From NCBI GenBank assembly GCA_001179505.1, contig CDMY01000708.1, positions 1 through 64,000 on the forward strand: DNA of 64,000 nucleotides, given 5' to 3'. The position numbers were made by a program, and so were the translations under genes. This stretch comes from Vitrella brassicaformis CCMP3155. Lineage: Eukaryota > Protista > Chromerida. Under the pieces are notes generated by a model. It made no database searches. It was not told where the DNA came from and saw only the letters and a list, made by a program, of their open reading frames with translations. Positions 23,648 through 35,492 of the stretch are shown here, in pieces. The stretch's first letter is position 1. Each line of letters starts with the position of its first letter.

Positions 23648-26600
23648 TCACTGTCTGCCAGTCAGCCTGCCGCCCCAGCTACCCAACCGGGGCGCCCTAC
23701 TCACACCACCACCACCACCAGCATACAGCCCGTTGTCCTGCGGGACAGACCCCCTCCCCACCGATGCAACACTCGCTGTATGCTGCTGCTGCTGCTGCTG
23801 TTGTTGTTGTTCTCGCTGTGGCTGTGGCCTTTGTTGCGTCGTCATGGTGGGGGTGGGATGCACCAGCGACCCGGGGAGGCTGACAATCGGAGGCGAGAAC
23901 CCCAGTGCCTCAATGTGGGCGTGGGAGGCCCCCACCTTGCTCCCTGCTGCCAGGTCGTCACGGTCATTTTCAGAGTTGTCTGCACCGTCTCTTCTCGGCG
24001 ATGGGGCTGAGGGGTGGTTGTTCCTCTCGGACGGTGTGACGCGCGTCTGGGAGCCCTGGCGGTCGCCGAGAGTAGAGCGGCCCCGGAAGCGTGTGAAGGA
24101 CCGCTGCCTGCACACGGAGAGGAAGGGGGACGGGGTGAGAGTGGAGGGCGTGTGTCCGCTGCGTACCTGGTGTATGGGTTTGCGCCCGAGATGGCGGCCT
24201 CCAGGCTGTCAATTCCCTGCATGAACGCGTCAAAGGTCTCCGTCACCTTGGTCAGCCGCTTCAACGCGCTCCGGGCCTGCAGACAGGCACACACTCGGTC
24301 TCTCTCTCTCTCTCTCTCTCTCCCCGTCTCTCCTCCCTCCCTCTATGTGTCTGTCTCTGCGTACCATGACAAAGGTGTGGATGGCGTCCTTGGTCCGAAC
24401 GTCCCTTTTGACCTTCAGGATGCCGCCCACGAACTCGCTCACCGACAGCATGCCGTCGCCGTCCCTGTCGAGCATGTGGAAGAGCTGCTCGACCTCGTCG
24501 GCAGGCAGGTGCAGCTGGTGCAGCCGACGGCGGATGAGCCCGTCCTTGAGGGCCTCGCGGAACTCCTCCTGGGTGAGATGGCCGTCGTTGCTGACGTCGA
24601 CACGGCTGAACAGCTGATGCAGGGACGCTGGATGGATGGATGGACAGAGGAGAGGGAGGGTGGGGGGTGGNNNNNNNNNNNNNNNNNNNNNNNNNNNNNN
24701 NNNNNNNNNNNNNNNNNNNNNNNNNNNNNNNNNNNNNNNNNNNNNNNNNNNNNNNNNNNNNNNNNNNNNNNNNNNNNNNNNNNNNNNNNNNNNNNNNNNN
24801 NNNNNNNNNNNNNNNNNNNNNNNNNNNNNNNNNNNNNNNNNNNNNNNNNNNNNNNNNNNNNNNNNNNNNNNNNNNNNNNNNNNNNNNNNNNNNNNNNNNN
24901 NNNNNNNNNNNNNNNNNNNNNNNNNNNNNNNNNNNNNNNNNNNNNNNNNNNNNNNNNNNNNNNNNNNNNNGGGGTGGGGTGGGGTGAGGGTGGGGGGTGG
25001 GGTGGGGTGAGGTGGCTCGCTGAGTCGCGTACCGACCGAGTATCCTCTGCTCCTCCTTCTCTGCGCGTTTTCTCAGTGTCTCCTCGTTGCCCTTGGAAAG
25101 GGTCAATGTGTTCTGCATGGCATGGCGGTGTGGAAGAAAGAAACACCCACATGGACCTGAGTGAGTGGTGCATCCCTCTGTGTGTCTCTCTGTATGTGTG
25201 TGTGTGTGTGTCTGTGTGGTACCTCAACGATGACACCGACCACAATGTTGAGAAGGCCGAATGTGGTGACCATGAGGAAGAAAATGAAAAAGAGGGAGAA
25301 CAGCGGGTCCTTCTCCATCACGGGACGCTGCGCACATCCATCCATCCATCCGGATCCACACACAACACAACACACCTAACTAACCAACACACGTGTCAGT
25401 CAGTCAGCTCACTGAGATGTCGTTGCTCCATCCGTCAAGCGTGAGGGCCGTGAACAGCGTGAACATGCTGCGGGGAACTGCAGAGAGAGATGCGTCACAC
25501 ACACCAACAGGCATCGCATGCAAGGAGGCCACGCACACACAGACACACACACATTGCTGACTGACTGACTGACCGTATCCGAAGAGGTCGTCCAGGTAGG
25601 CGTTGTTGCTCTCCCTGGCAGGCTGGCCCAGCTGATGGATGCATGGATGGATGGATGGAGGGAGGGCAACCACACACACACACAGAGACACATCTTACCA
25701 TCATTGTGGTCAATATAGCGCAGATGTAGATGAAGAGGAACAGCAGCAGCGTCACCCTGACCCGTTCATTCACAACAGAGGGAACAGAGGCACAAGACAC
25801 CAATGCCGGCCGGCATCACACAAGCATCCCTCGTCTGTCTGACCATCCGAGCGTCGACAACGACTTGACAAACCCCTCCACAATCAGCCCTGCACCCTCG
25901 CACACACACACGTGTCCACCAACACACACACACACACATCCCCCTTCCCCTCTCTCCTCGCCGCCTACACAGCTCTTTGAAGACCCGCAGCAGCCGCACC
26001 AGCCTCACCAGCCGCAGCATCCTCGCGATTCTCAATGTGCTCAAGAGACGCAGGTTGACCTTGCCCCCCTCCTCTGAGCTGTTCACCGCCCGCACCGTCT
26101 CCATCACCCAAGTGTCCAGCACGGCCAGGGTGACCAGAGTGAAGTCCAAGAGGTTCCAGCCGTCCTGGAAGTAACTCATTCTCTCGAAGTAGAGGCGGGA
26201 ACACATCTCGAAGACATAGACGAGGAGGAAGCAGTTCTGCAGACAGACAGAGAGACATACAGACAGGCAGAGAGGGGCGATGGATCGATCATTCAGAGGG
26301 CCGCTTACCTCGATGAAGTACCACTCTAGTCTGTCCTGGAGCTTCACGTTCTCGGGCATGTAGTCTGCAATGATGCAGGCACACACACACACGCACAAGC
26401 GACCTGGCATGGCCCTCGTGCGTGTCTCTCTCTCTCGACTGGCTGACCAATCTGTACGCCCATGAAGATGGCATTCAACAGGATGACGCCGCCGATGCAC
26501 TGACCGACCAATGCAATGGACACACACACATCGCATCACACATTATTACGTTCACGGCACTCATCAATGTCCCCCCACTCCCTCACTCACCAGCTTGAAG

Positions 26601-26896
26601 CGTGTCGTGTGCACAAAGGGCACATCCACTGCAATCAGTGAAGCATCATCGCCATGCCAATGGCATTATGTAATTGCGTGGCATGTGTGTGCTCGCCCTC
26701 CCCTCCCCTCCCACCATCACCCACTCAGTGACACTCACCTTTGAGTGACTCGCTGGATTTGAGCGAGAGCGCCTGAGATTGTTCCTCATCCCCACGTCTG
26801 AGTTTGCTCTCGCTCCACTGCCTCTGCAGACGGTGCTGCACCGCTGCTCCACTGCCTCTGCAGACGGTGCTGCACCGCTGCACTGCGCACAAACAT
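23648..26896 (-). CDS. Single-domain (1x6TM) voltage-gated cation channel with C-terminal EF-hands
   Basis: S1 CIGGVILLNAIFMGV; S2 FLLVYVFEMCSRL; S3 DGWNLLDFTLV; S4 LRIARMLRLVRLVRLLRVFK; S5 LLLFLFIYICAIL; filter TLDGWSND (25419-25442); S6 FFIFFLMVTTFGLLNIVVGVIVE; EF loops DVSNDGHLTQEE and DRDGDGMLSVSE. An N gap lies inside one intron and the start codon is ambiguous (see findings). Confidence 0.9.
24671..24970. other. Assembly gap (300 N) inside the channel gene
   Basis: Run of N flanked by GGGT/G-rich tracts; it could hide an exon between S6/coiled-coil and the EF-hands. Confidence 1.
26813..26880. repeat. Perfect 34-nt tandem duplication
   Basis: CTCCACTGCCTCTGCAGACGGTGCTGCACCGCTG at 26813-26846 and 26847-26880. 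Confidence 0.95.
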
Positions 26897-27005
26897 ACTG
26901 CTTGCGTTCGTTGAGCAAGGGAAACTCCACCTCGCCTTGAAGTGCCCGTTTGGCGAGTTCCGGGAGCTCGCTCTACCTCACACCCACCCACTAGCATCAG
27001 CCGTC

Positions 27006-29081
27006 ATGCTTTCCTTTGTGCGTCAGGGAGCGTTGCAGGCGCGTCGGCAGGCAGCGACCTGCCTGCCCGCATCGCGGCTGCTGGCTCCAGTGGCTGTGGC
27101 GACTCGTGGCATGGCCGACCACGGCCCCACAGAGAAGATGAACCTCTTCACAGCCGTCAACGGGGCGCTGCACATCGCCATGGAGACCGACCCCACGTAG
27201 GCGACGACAACACAGCGAGAAAAGGGTGCATTTGTTGGTCATTTGTGTGTTCGTGTGTGTGTTGTCTGTCTGTGTGTGGGGTGCAGGGCGTGTGTGTTTG
27301 GAGAGGACGTGGCCTTTGGCGGGGTGTTTCGGTGTTCCATTGACTTGAGGGAGAAGTTCGGCCCACACAGAGTCTTCAACACGCCGCTCTCAGAACAGGT
27401 AGGTGTGAAGTGAAATGTACTCTCTGTGTGTGTGATGCTTACTTAGACTGCCTCACCACGGGTGTGCGTCTGTGTGTGTGCTGCAGGGTATAGCGGGGTT
27501 TGCGATAGGGATGGCTGCCGTCGGCCACACGGCCATCGCCGAGATGCAGTTCGCCGACTACATCTTCCCAGCATTCGACCAGGTGAGAGTGACTGATATG
27601 CTCATCCGTCCATCCATCTTGGTCTCTCTCTCTCTCTGCGTGTGCCAACGTATATATATGTGTGTGTGTGTGTGTGTGTAGCTGGTGAATGAGGCGGCCA
27701 AGTTCCGTTACCGTGCTGGTGGTGTGTGGGACTGCGGCGGCCTGACCGTCAGATCGGCATGGGGCGCCGTCGGCCACGGAGGGCACTACCACTCACAAGT
27801 ACATCTAATCAGCTATGGAGGGACGTGCCCGTATGTCGTGTCCGTGTGTATCCCTGTGTCACTCAGTGTCCCGAGGCCTACTTCGCCCACACGCCAGGTC
27901 TCAAGGTGGTGGTGCCCCGCGGGCCCTACCAGGCCAAAGGACTCCTCCTCTCATGCATCAGAGGTAGGTACCTACCCACCTACCTGGCTGAGCTGCCTCA
28001 ATCAACCACTCACTCACTCAACGACTCTCTCTAGACAAGACACCCACCTGTGGCTGTGTGGCTGTGTGGCTGTGCTGTGTGGGTGTGTTGGTGGCATCCA
28101 TCGATGCATCGTCCTATCTGATCAGACCGCAATCCCTGTGTGTTCTTCGAGCCGAAGGCGTTGTATCGCGCGGCGGTCGACCAGGTGCCTGTGGGCGACT
28201 ACAACCTGCCGCTCTCAAAGGCCGATGTCGTCCAGGAGGGAGACGACGTAAGCGCGCAAGCCGCACAGACAGACAGACAGACACGCACCGGAGAATGGAT
28301 GGATGGATGGATGTGTGTGTGTGTGTCAGATAACCTGTGTGGGGTGGGGCACCCAGGTGCACCGAATGCTCAAGGCTGCTGAGATGGCCAAGGAGGAGGG
28401 CATCAGCTGCGAAATCATCGACCTGCAAACCATACTGCCATGGGACGTGGTACGCACACATCTCTGTCTGTCTGTCTGTCTGTATGCCACCGTGGCCATT
28501 CACACACACTGACACCATGTCGCCATTTTGTTGGTTGGTTGGTTCAGCACACGATAGAGGAGTCCGTCAAGAAGACCGGCCGCCTTCTCGTCACGCATGA
28601 GGCGCCGGTGAGTGCGTTCGTGCAGGAGTGAGAGAGATGCGCACGCTCAGCTGTTGATTCGCTGCGCTTCTATGTGACCGAATCGATCGATCAGCTGACA
28701 CAGGGTTTCGGGGCTGAGATCGCCGCGAGCATCACGGAGCGGTGCTTCTTCAGCCTGGTGGGTGTGGGGTGTGGTGTCCACGCTCAGCTCGTCCCTCCCT
28801 CCCTGGCTGCGCACGTGGCGGGACTGTCTGTCTGTCTGTCTGTCTGGTGTGTGTGCAGGAGGCGCCGATCAAGCGCGTGTGCGGTTACGACGTGCCCTTT
28901 CCCCTGATATACGAGAAGGTAGGTCAGCGGCTGACTGCATCGCACGCACAGACACGGACACAGCCGCCGCCAAAACAGTGCACTCGCAACGCACACACAC
29001 GTGTGTGTCAATGTGTGACGTCAGTTCTACCTGCCTGACGAGTACAAGATCTTTGAGGGCATCAAGGAGGTCTGTGCGTGA
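27006..29081 (+). CDS. BCKDHB: Branched-chain 2-oxoacid dehydrogenase E1 beta subunit, mitochondrial
   Basis: Presequence [14 protein letters not shown]...; [35 protein letters not shown]|[20 protein letters not shown]|[23 protein letters not shown]|[70 protein letters not shown]. About 11 exons. Confidence 0.97.
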
Positions 29082-29162
29082 CTGACTGACTGCTGACACC
29101 CCGACTGCTGGCATACATGCCGATGACATACTTACTGGCTCAAGACAGTGCGAGAGGGAGGG

Positions 29163-29462
29163 NNNNNNNNNNNNNNNNNNNNNNNNNNNNNNNNNNNNNN
29201 NNNNNNNNNNNNNNNNNNNNNNNNNNNNNNNNNNNNNNNNNNNNNNNNNNNNNNNNNNNNNNNNNNNNNNNNNNNNNNNNNNNNNNNNNNNNNNNNNNNN
29301 NNNNNNNNNNNNNNNNNNNNNNNNNNNNNNNNNNNNNNNNNNNNNNNNNNNNNNNNNNNNNNNNNNNNNNNNNNNNNNNNNNNNNNNNNNNNNNNNNNNN
29401 NNNNNNNNNNNNNNNNNNNNNNNNNNNNNNNNNNNNNNNNNNNNNNNNNNNNNNNNNNNNNN
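29163..29462. other. Assembly gap (300 N)
   Basis: Run of N flanked by G tracts. Confidence 1.
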
Positions 29463-29856
29463 GGGGGGGGGGGGCTGAGTGAGTCAAAGGGTGCACTGGC
29501 ACGGTGTGTGGGAGTGGGGGTGTGTGTGGTGTGGTGTGGTGTGGTGTGGTGTGGGGGTGTCCGTGGTTTAACCTGCCTGCCTGCGGGGTGCACACAGTCA
29601 TGATGGCAAGATACCTAGGTAGACATATAGATCCGTTCGTCGAATCGATGTTATTGCAATATTGTGGATGGATGGATGGACACCAGAGCAAATGGGTGCA
29701 CTCTCTCTCTCTCTCTGTGTGAGTGAGTGTGTGACTGAAGATCACTGCCGAACACTCCATGACTTTACCATATCAGACAATATTCCGTTCCATTTTTCCG
29801 TCCCATCACCCACACACACACACACACACGCCACTGTACCGTCGGCCGTTGGTCAG

Positions 29857-32519
29857 TCACATTTCATCCTTGACGTTGCTGTCGTCCATTGATGTGTCGC
29901 CCAGCAGCGGCTCGTCGTCATCGACAGGGAAGCCAGGCGGCGGGTCGGGGTCGAACCGAACTGTCGCCTGGATGACCACCACCAAACAGACACAGGCACA
30001 GACACAGACACGCACACACACGATTGGTCAGTCAGTGAAATGTGTGTGCTGTGTGCTGTGCGTCCTTACCTGTCTCTGGAGGAACATGAGCATGTCGTCG
30101 TAGTTTCTAGTGCCGGAGTACTCGACCGGCCGGCGCTTGGCGTCCCTCTTGAACAGTATCAGCGACGGGTACCCCTCTGCACACACACACATGGTTGCGC
30201 TTTGCGTGTCTGTCTCTTTGTCTGTTCTCCCCAGTGCGTTCCGTTCATCCATCCATCCATCCATACCGATTTCGATGCCCTCGAGCTCGTTCCTCGTTGC
30301 GTCGATGCGCGCGAACCGAATGTCACGCACATGCCGCAGCTGACGGGCCAACTGCACACACACACACACACATAGGCAGAGAGAGAGGTTCGATGCTTCT
30401 CTCTGCCGTGGGGAGCTTCAGACCCACCCGTTTGAAGTCAGGTTCCATTTTCCTGCAGTGTCCGCACCAGGGCGCCTCGAACTTGACAAACACGTCGTAC
30501 GGCACATCCAGCACCTGAGACACGAACGTCCGCCCGACGACCGTCATCACATTGCCTGCACGACGTTAACACACATCCATCCATCCACCCCAGCACCCAT
30601 GTGTGTGCCTCTGTGTGTCCACTGTACTGGTGACGAGAATGTTGTCGTCGGGGACAGCTTCGCTCTTGAGGAAGGGCTTAATGCGGCCGTTGCTGACGTC
30701 AGCTATGAACCGCAGGAGGGCTGCCTTGGTTATCGTGCCCTGGAGCTTCCACTTGAGTGCGGGGTAGTAGTGCTCATCGCCGCCCGGGTTCATGGCCACC
30801 ATCATCACCACAGGCAGCTCGTCCTCGATGTTGTCCACTCCTGTCAGCTCTGCCAATCACACATACCATACCGCAGCTGTCATGGTGATGGTGGACGGAT
30901 GGGTACCCATGAGCCTCCGCTCGTGTGCCTCGTTGGCGCCAGTGATTGCCCAGAGAGGCGAGACGTCCGTGTAGGCCGCACGCGTCTTGCGAAATGCCGC
31001 ATTTGCACACAAGACACAGACGTAGAGAGAGAAAGACAGAGAGGAGACGGTGTGGTGATGCCTTCAGTTGTGACGGACCGGCTTTCCAGCTGGCGTCGGA
31101 GTAGTCCTTGAACAGAAAGATGATCGGCCGCCCATCTGGGAACACCTTCGCCCCGCTGCATGGCATGAACGATCCATCCATCCATCCACCGACGCCATCA
31201 ATCACCATCAATCATTCAACTGAATGAGAGATGACTTTTTACAGCAGGGGTGGGGCGTACGTGTCTTGCGTGAAGTTGCTGATTGCGGGGAGCTTGTGGC
31301 GCTTGACGAAGAGGTCAAGTCCGTTGAGGTCATTGAGGTAGCCGGCAAACACGGCCATCTTCTCGTCGTGGGGCTTGAAAATGATGACCGACGGCAGCTG
31401 ATGTCGCACACACACAAGGAGAGGGGGGGTGGTGTGTGTGTGTGTGTGTGTGTGTCCTACTTTGACGTCCAGTTGGTATGTCTTCTTGATGAAGTCGATG
31501 ACGTCCTCATGGGCCTCGTCGACGTGGCCAAACAGCACTGTGTCGTGATGCTGCAAGAAACAAAAATCCGCCCATCCATCCATCCATCCCGATGCCATTC
31601 CATAGAATCAATCAATCGCACCCGTGAGACGTGTTGGAAAGGCCTGACGAGGTGTCTGTGCTCGTCGGCGTGGAACAGCCCCACCACAGTGACATCCTCA
31701 CTGCCGTGCCGAGGGTCGTGCAGAAAATGCTCCAGCTCTGATGCACCCTGCAACACGTGATCCTACACACACGCGCACCCACCCACACATACACACACAA
31801 TCTCTCTCTCTCCCTCTCTCTGTCTTGGTGTGTGGATGTCCTGCGTGTGGACCCTGTCGATGTGTCTGTTGACCCAGACGACCAGCGAGTTCGGGGCCCG
31901 GGAGCCCTGATAGTTGTTCTCGAACCGCTCGCCGTCCAGAAACAATGACACTGTGGGATACTCACGGATGTCATACCTGCCACACACACACACACACACA
32001 CACACAAAACAAATGAAAGGCGTTTGTATGTGGATGAGGCGGGAGTACTATGGTACTTGTCTGCAATGGCTCGTTGCCGTACGGCGTCCACCATGACACT
32101 CACCACCGGCGGCTCGTGCAGCCGGAGCTTCAACGCAGCTATCGCAAACGCTGCAGGCAGGACCCGCCGGCCACACTACTGTACACCGTCCTATGTGTGT
32201 GGTGTGCTGTGTCCTCCGCACCTCCCATAAAAAAAAACTTGTGACCAGTAGCACCACGGCGCGTAGAAGAACACCAAAACGAACGGCTCCCGCTTGATCA
32301 GCGCATCAAACTCCGACGCATCTCTGCAACAAACACCACCATGCACACACACATCCATCCCATGCACACGCGCCGGCCTCCTGCCAGTGTTTTCTGTGGC
32401 CGGCCTTACACGTTCTGTATGCTCCCAACGAGGTCCAGCGCAGCCAATGGGTGCACAGCAGCCAACCAAAACAGCACCACAAGTAAAGCCATCCATCTCC
32501 GTCCGCACCGCAACTGCAT
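29857..32519 (-). CDS. Protein disulfide isomerase family protein (a-b-b'-a'), ER-resident
   Basis: Signal peptide MALLVVLFWLAAVHPLAA; a-domain FYAPWCYWSQ...VDA...YPT; a'-domain FEAPWCGHCRKMEP...RIDATRNE...GYPSLILFK...YSGTRNYDDM; C-terminus SNVKDEM* (KDEL-like). Start may be 32519 or 32492. Confidence 0.93.
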
Positions 32520-32680
32520 CTCTGCACGGGACGGGCTGGCTACCGGGCCGAAAGCATCTGAAGGTGGCTTCTGCAATGAAACTGCTGCATGAGCTGCGGA
32601 CTGAAAGAGTCGTGGATGTTTGTGAAGGGCTTTGTGAAGGGCGCCGGGAGAAGATTCGCGATCCACTTCTTCCCGCCTCT

Positions 32681-32689
32681 AAGCTCGCA
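32681..32689 (+). promoter_or_regulatory. Candidate promoter element AAGCTCGCA in the PDI/methyltransferase divergent spacer
   Basis: CTAAGCTCGCA at 32679-32689, 16 nt before ATG 32706. Confidence 0.5.
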
Positions 32690-32705
32690 TGCAACTGGCC
32701 TTTCA

Positions 32706-35154
32706 ATGAAAGCGACGAAAGAGACTTTCGACCCTCCCTTCTTCATCGGCGATGTCTTCCACGGCGACAGCGACAGCGAACAAGACCAACCCGATGGAAC
32801 CAATCCCACACACACAAACACACAGCAGGAAGATCAGCAGCACCAGATCCAGATCCGCGTGTTCCAGATGCCCGCAGCCATCTCTCTGTGCATCCGCGAG
32901 TACGCCTTCCACCCGCTGAATGCCAATATCGTCTGGCATGGCAACCAGGAGATGGCCGAGTGGCTGCTGGGGAGGGCGAGGGCGGGGCTGTTTGACGGCG
33001 AGAGGGTGCTGGAGCTCGGCTGTGGGACGGGCATCTTGACGGCATTCATGGCCAAGCTCGGAATCAGTGTGACGGGGAGCGACTATGAAGATGACACGGT
33101 ATGTGAGTGAGGGGGCAGGTGAGGTGGCATGGCTGTCGGTGGGCATCGTTTGCTTTGCTGTGTTGCATACGTCAGATTGGGGAGAATTTCAGGCACAACA
33201 TGCAGCTTAACGATGTACGCAACGATCAGAGAACACACGCACGACGGCATTCGTTGATCGGTAATCATGCCTGCAGCTCTCGGATGACAGGGTGCCCTTC
33301 CTCCCCCACACATGGGGCACCCCCCTGCCCCCCGCCGAGCCGCCCTCCTCCGTTGCCATCGGTTGTGACATCCTCCTGTACGTCAACCAGCACCCTGCAC
33401 TGCTCAACACCCTCATGCAGCTGGCCCATCGGTGCCACCACGCCCATCAGCGGCCCCTGCAGATCTTTCTCGGATGGAACAGGCAGACCAAGCTCCACGA
33501 GGAGTTCTTCGCACTGGCGAAGACGCAGGGCTTCGATGTGACGAAAGGTACGTGTGGGCTCTCATCCTATGATTGATCACCGCCTTTGTGTGGTGTGGTT
33601 TGTTCGTTCGTTCGTTCCTCAGTGGCTCGCCGTGTGTGGCAGCTGACGCCGCCCTCCCCCGCCCCCACACCGGCAGACATTGCCACACTCACAGTTAAGC
33701 AGGGGCGACTGGCAGATGCTGCCGCGAAGAGCCGCCATCGGCAGGAGAGGAGCAAGACCGACAGACGAGGGCAGCAGCAGCAGGAAAAGGGTCCAGCAAC
33801 GGAGCGTAATGGATGTCAGGATGACGGTGAGGGTGGTGAGGAGCGGCGGCTGTTCCAGTTGGGAGAGCACTATGCCTGGGTCAGCCATCAGACCACATTC
33901 AGGTCAAGTGATCGTCTTGCCTCGGGTCCATCAGCTCATGGGTTCCTCCTACGTATCGTTCCATTTTGTGTTGCGCATGTGTGTTCTCTTCAGAGGGGCC
34001 TTCCTCGACGGGGATCGCGGCATTGACCGCACGGGTGTGATGCCCCCATGGCCAGGCGCATACCTCCTTACAGAGGCCATCTTTGCCCACAGGTCTGCAC
34101 AAACGCACGAGCACAGTAGAGAACCAGTGCCCCTCTTCGCATGTCTGTCATTCATGACCCTTCAGGCGCCGTTTGTGTGGGAGGGTGGTTGTGGAGCTGG
34201 GTGCTGGTGCAGCGCTGCCAGGACTCCTCGCCGCCAACTTTGCCAGCCACACAGTGAGCCGACCGCACTCACACACATGTGTCTGTGTGTATTCCGCCTC
34301 CCCTCCCTCTGTGTCAGATCCTCACTGATTGCGACCCGGCCGTGTTATCCCGCTGGCAGCGGCAGAAAAGGGAAGGTCTCTCCGTCCCTATGGCTGACGA
34401 GGTGGCCAGTGCTCGCAGCCTGTCGTCGGAGAACGTGTCGTTCACGAGGCTGGAGTGGGGCGACAGGGGGGATGAGCAGGGGCTGGTGCGGCTCTTGGGT
34501 GAGAATGGGCAGGACCAGGAGAGGATGCTCATCATTGGGGCTGACCTGGTGTACCCTGCGACTAGCAGAGAGGTGCGGTGCGTGCGTGCATTTCTGTATA
34601 TGTGTGTGGAGAGAGATGGGGGCATCCATCATGCGTGTGTTCCTTTCTTTCATTCAGACGTTGGGCGACCTGTTTGGGACGGTGGGGAGGCTGCTGCAGC
34701 CGAACCGTCGGAGTGTGGGGTCTGATGCTAATGGTGATCCGGCAGCGTGTCTCGACAGGCCATGCTTCATGCTCTCATTCATCCCCAGGGGCAACGATCC
34801 GCAGGTCAGCAACACAACACAACACAGCTCATCCATGCATTCCCACAGCCTTCTGTGTGCGTGTGTGATGTGTGTGCTCCTTCGCAGGGGCTTCTGGCAA
34901 ATGCCATCGACGCGGCACACCAAGTAGGAATCAACGATTGATCTCTGTACAGACACACGCGCACGCAATCAATGTGCCGTCTCTCCTTCTCTCTCTGGCC
35001 GCAGGAGGGTTTGGTGCATGAGGAGGTGCCTGTGGAATCCCCCTCCGACCCAGCAGCAAGGTTCGGCCCCTCGTGGCCACATGAGTCGACTGCATCATGG
35101 GGAGGGATGGTCCTGGTTTTCTACCATGGCTGGCTGATGCTGGTAGATAGATAG
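32706..35154 (+). CDS. Protein with two tandem class I SAM-dependent methyltransferase domains (METTL21/Methyltransf_16-like)
   Basis: Domain 1: NIVWHG...VLELGCGTG (33006)...VTGSDY...PHTWG...IGCDILLY. Linker TK|VARRVW...HQTTFR. Domain 2: TGVMPPWPGAYLL...VVELGAGAALPGL (34191)|ILTDCD...LEWGD...IIGADLVY. All junctions are GT-AG and in phase. Confidence 0.85.
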
Positions 35155-35492
35155 GCTCTTTGTCATATCCGCGTGTCGAGGACCTTCATGGCAGATTGAT
35201 TGACGATGGACGTTCGGATTTTCGTCATGATAACTGCCCTTGACTCCGTCGAAGTCACATACATGCCATGTGCCATGCACAGAGCATCTTCATTATCTAT
35301 CCACAGCATCGACCGCATATATCATCCTCCATCTCTCTCTTCCTCCAATCAAAAATCTCTCACAAGCAGTCTCACTCTCGCCCCCCTTTCATCCACCACC
35401 CACAGCACAGCACAGCACGACTCGACACGACACGCAAAGACCCTCGTCACAAAGTCAATCTCTCATCTCCTCTCAATCTCTCGTCTAGATCT

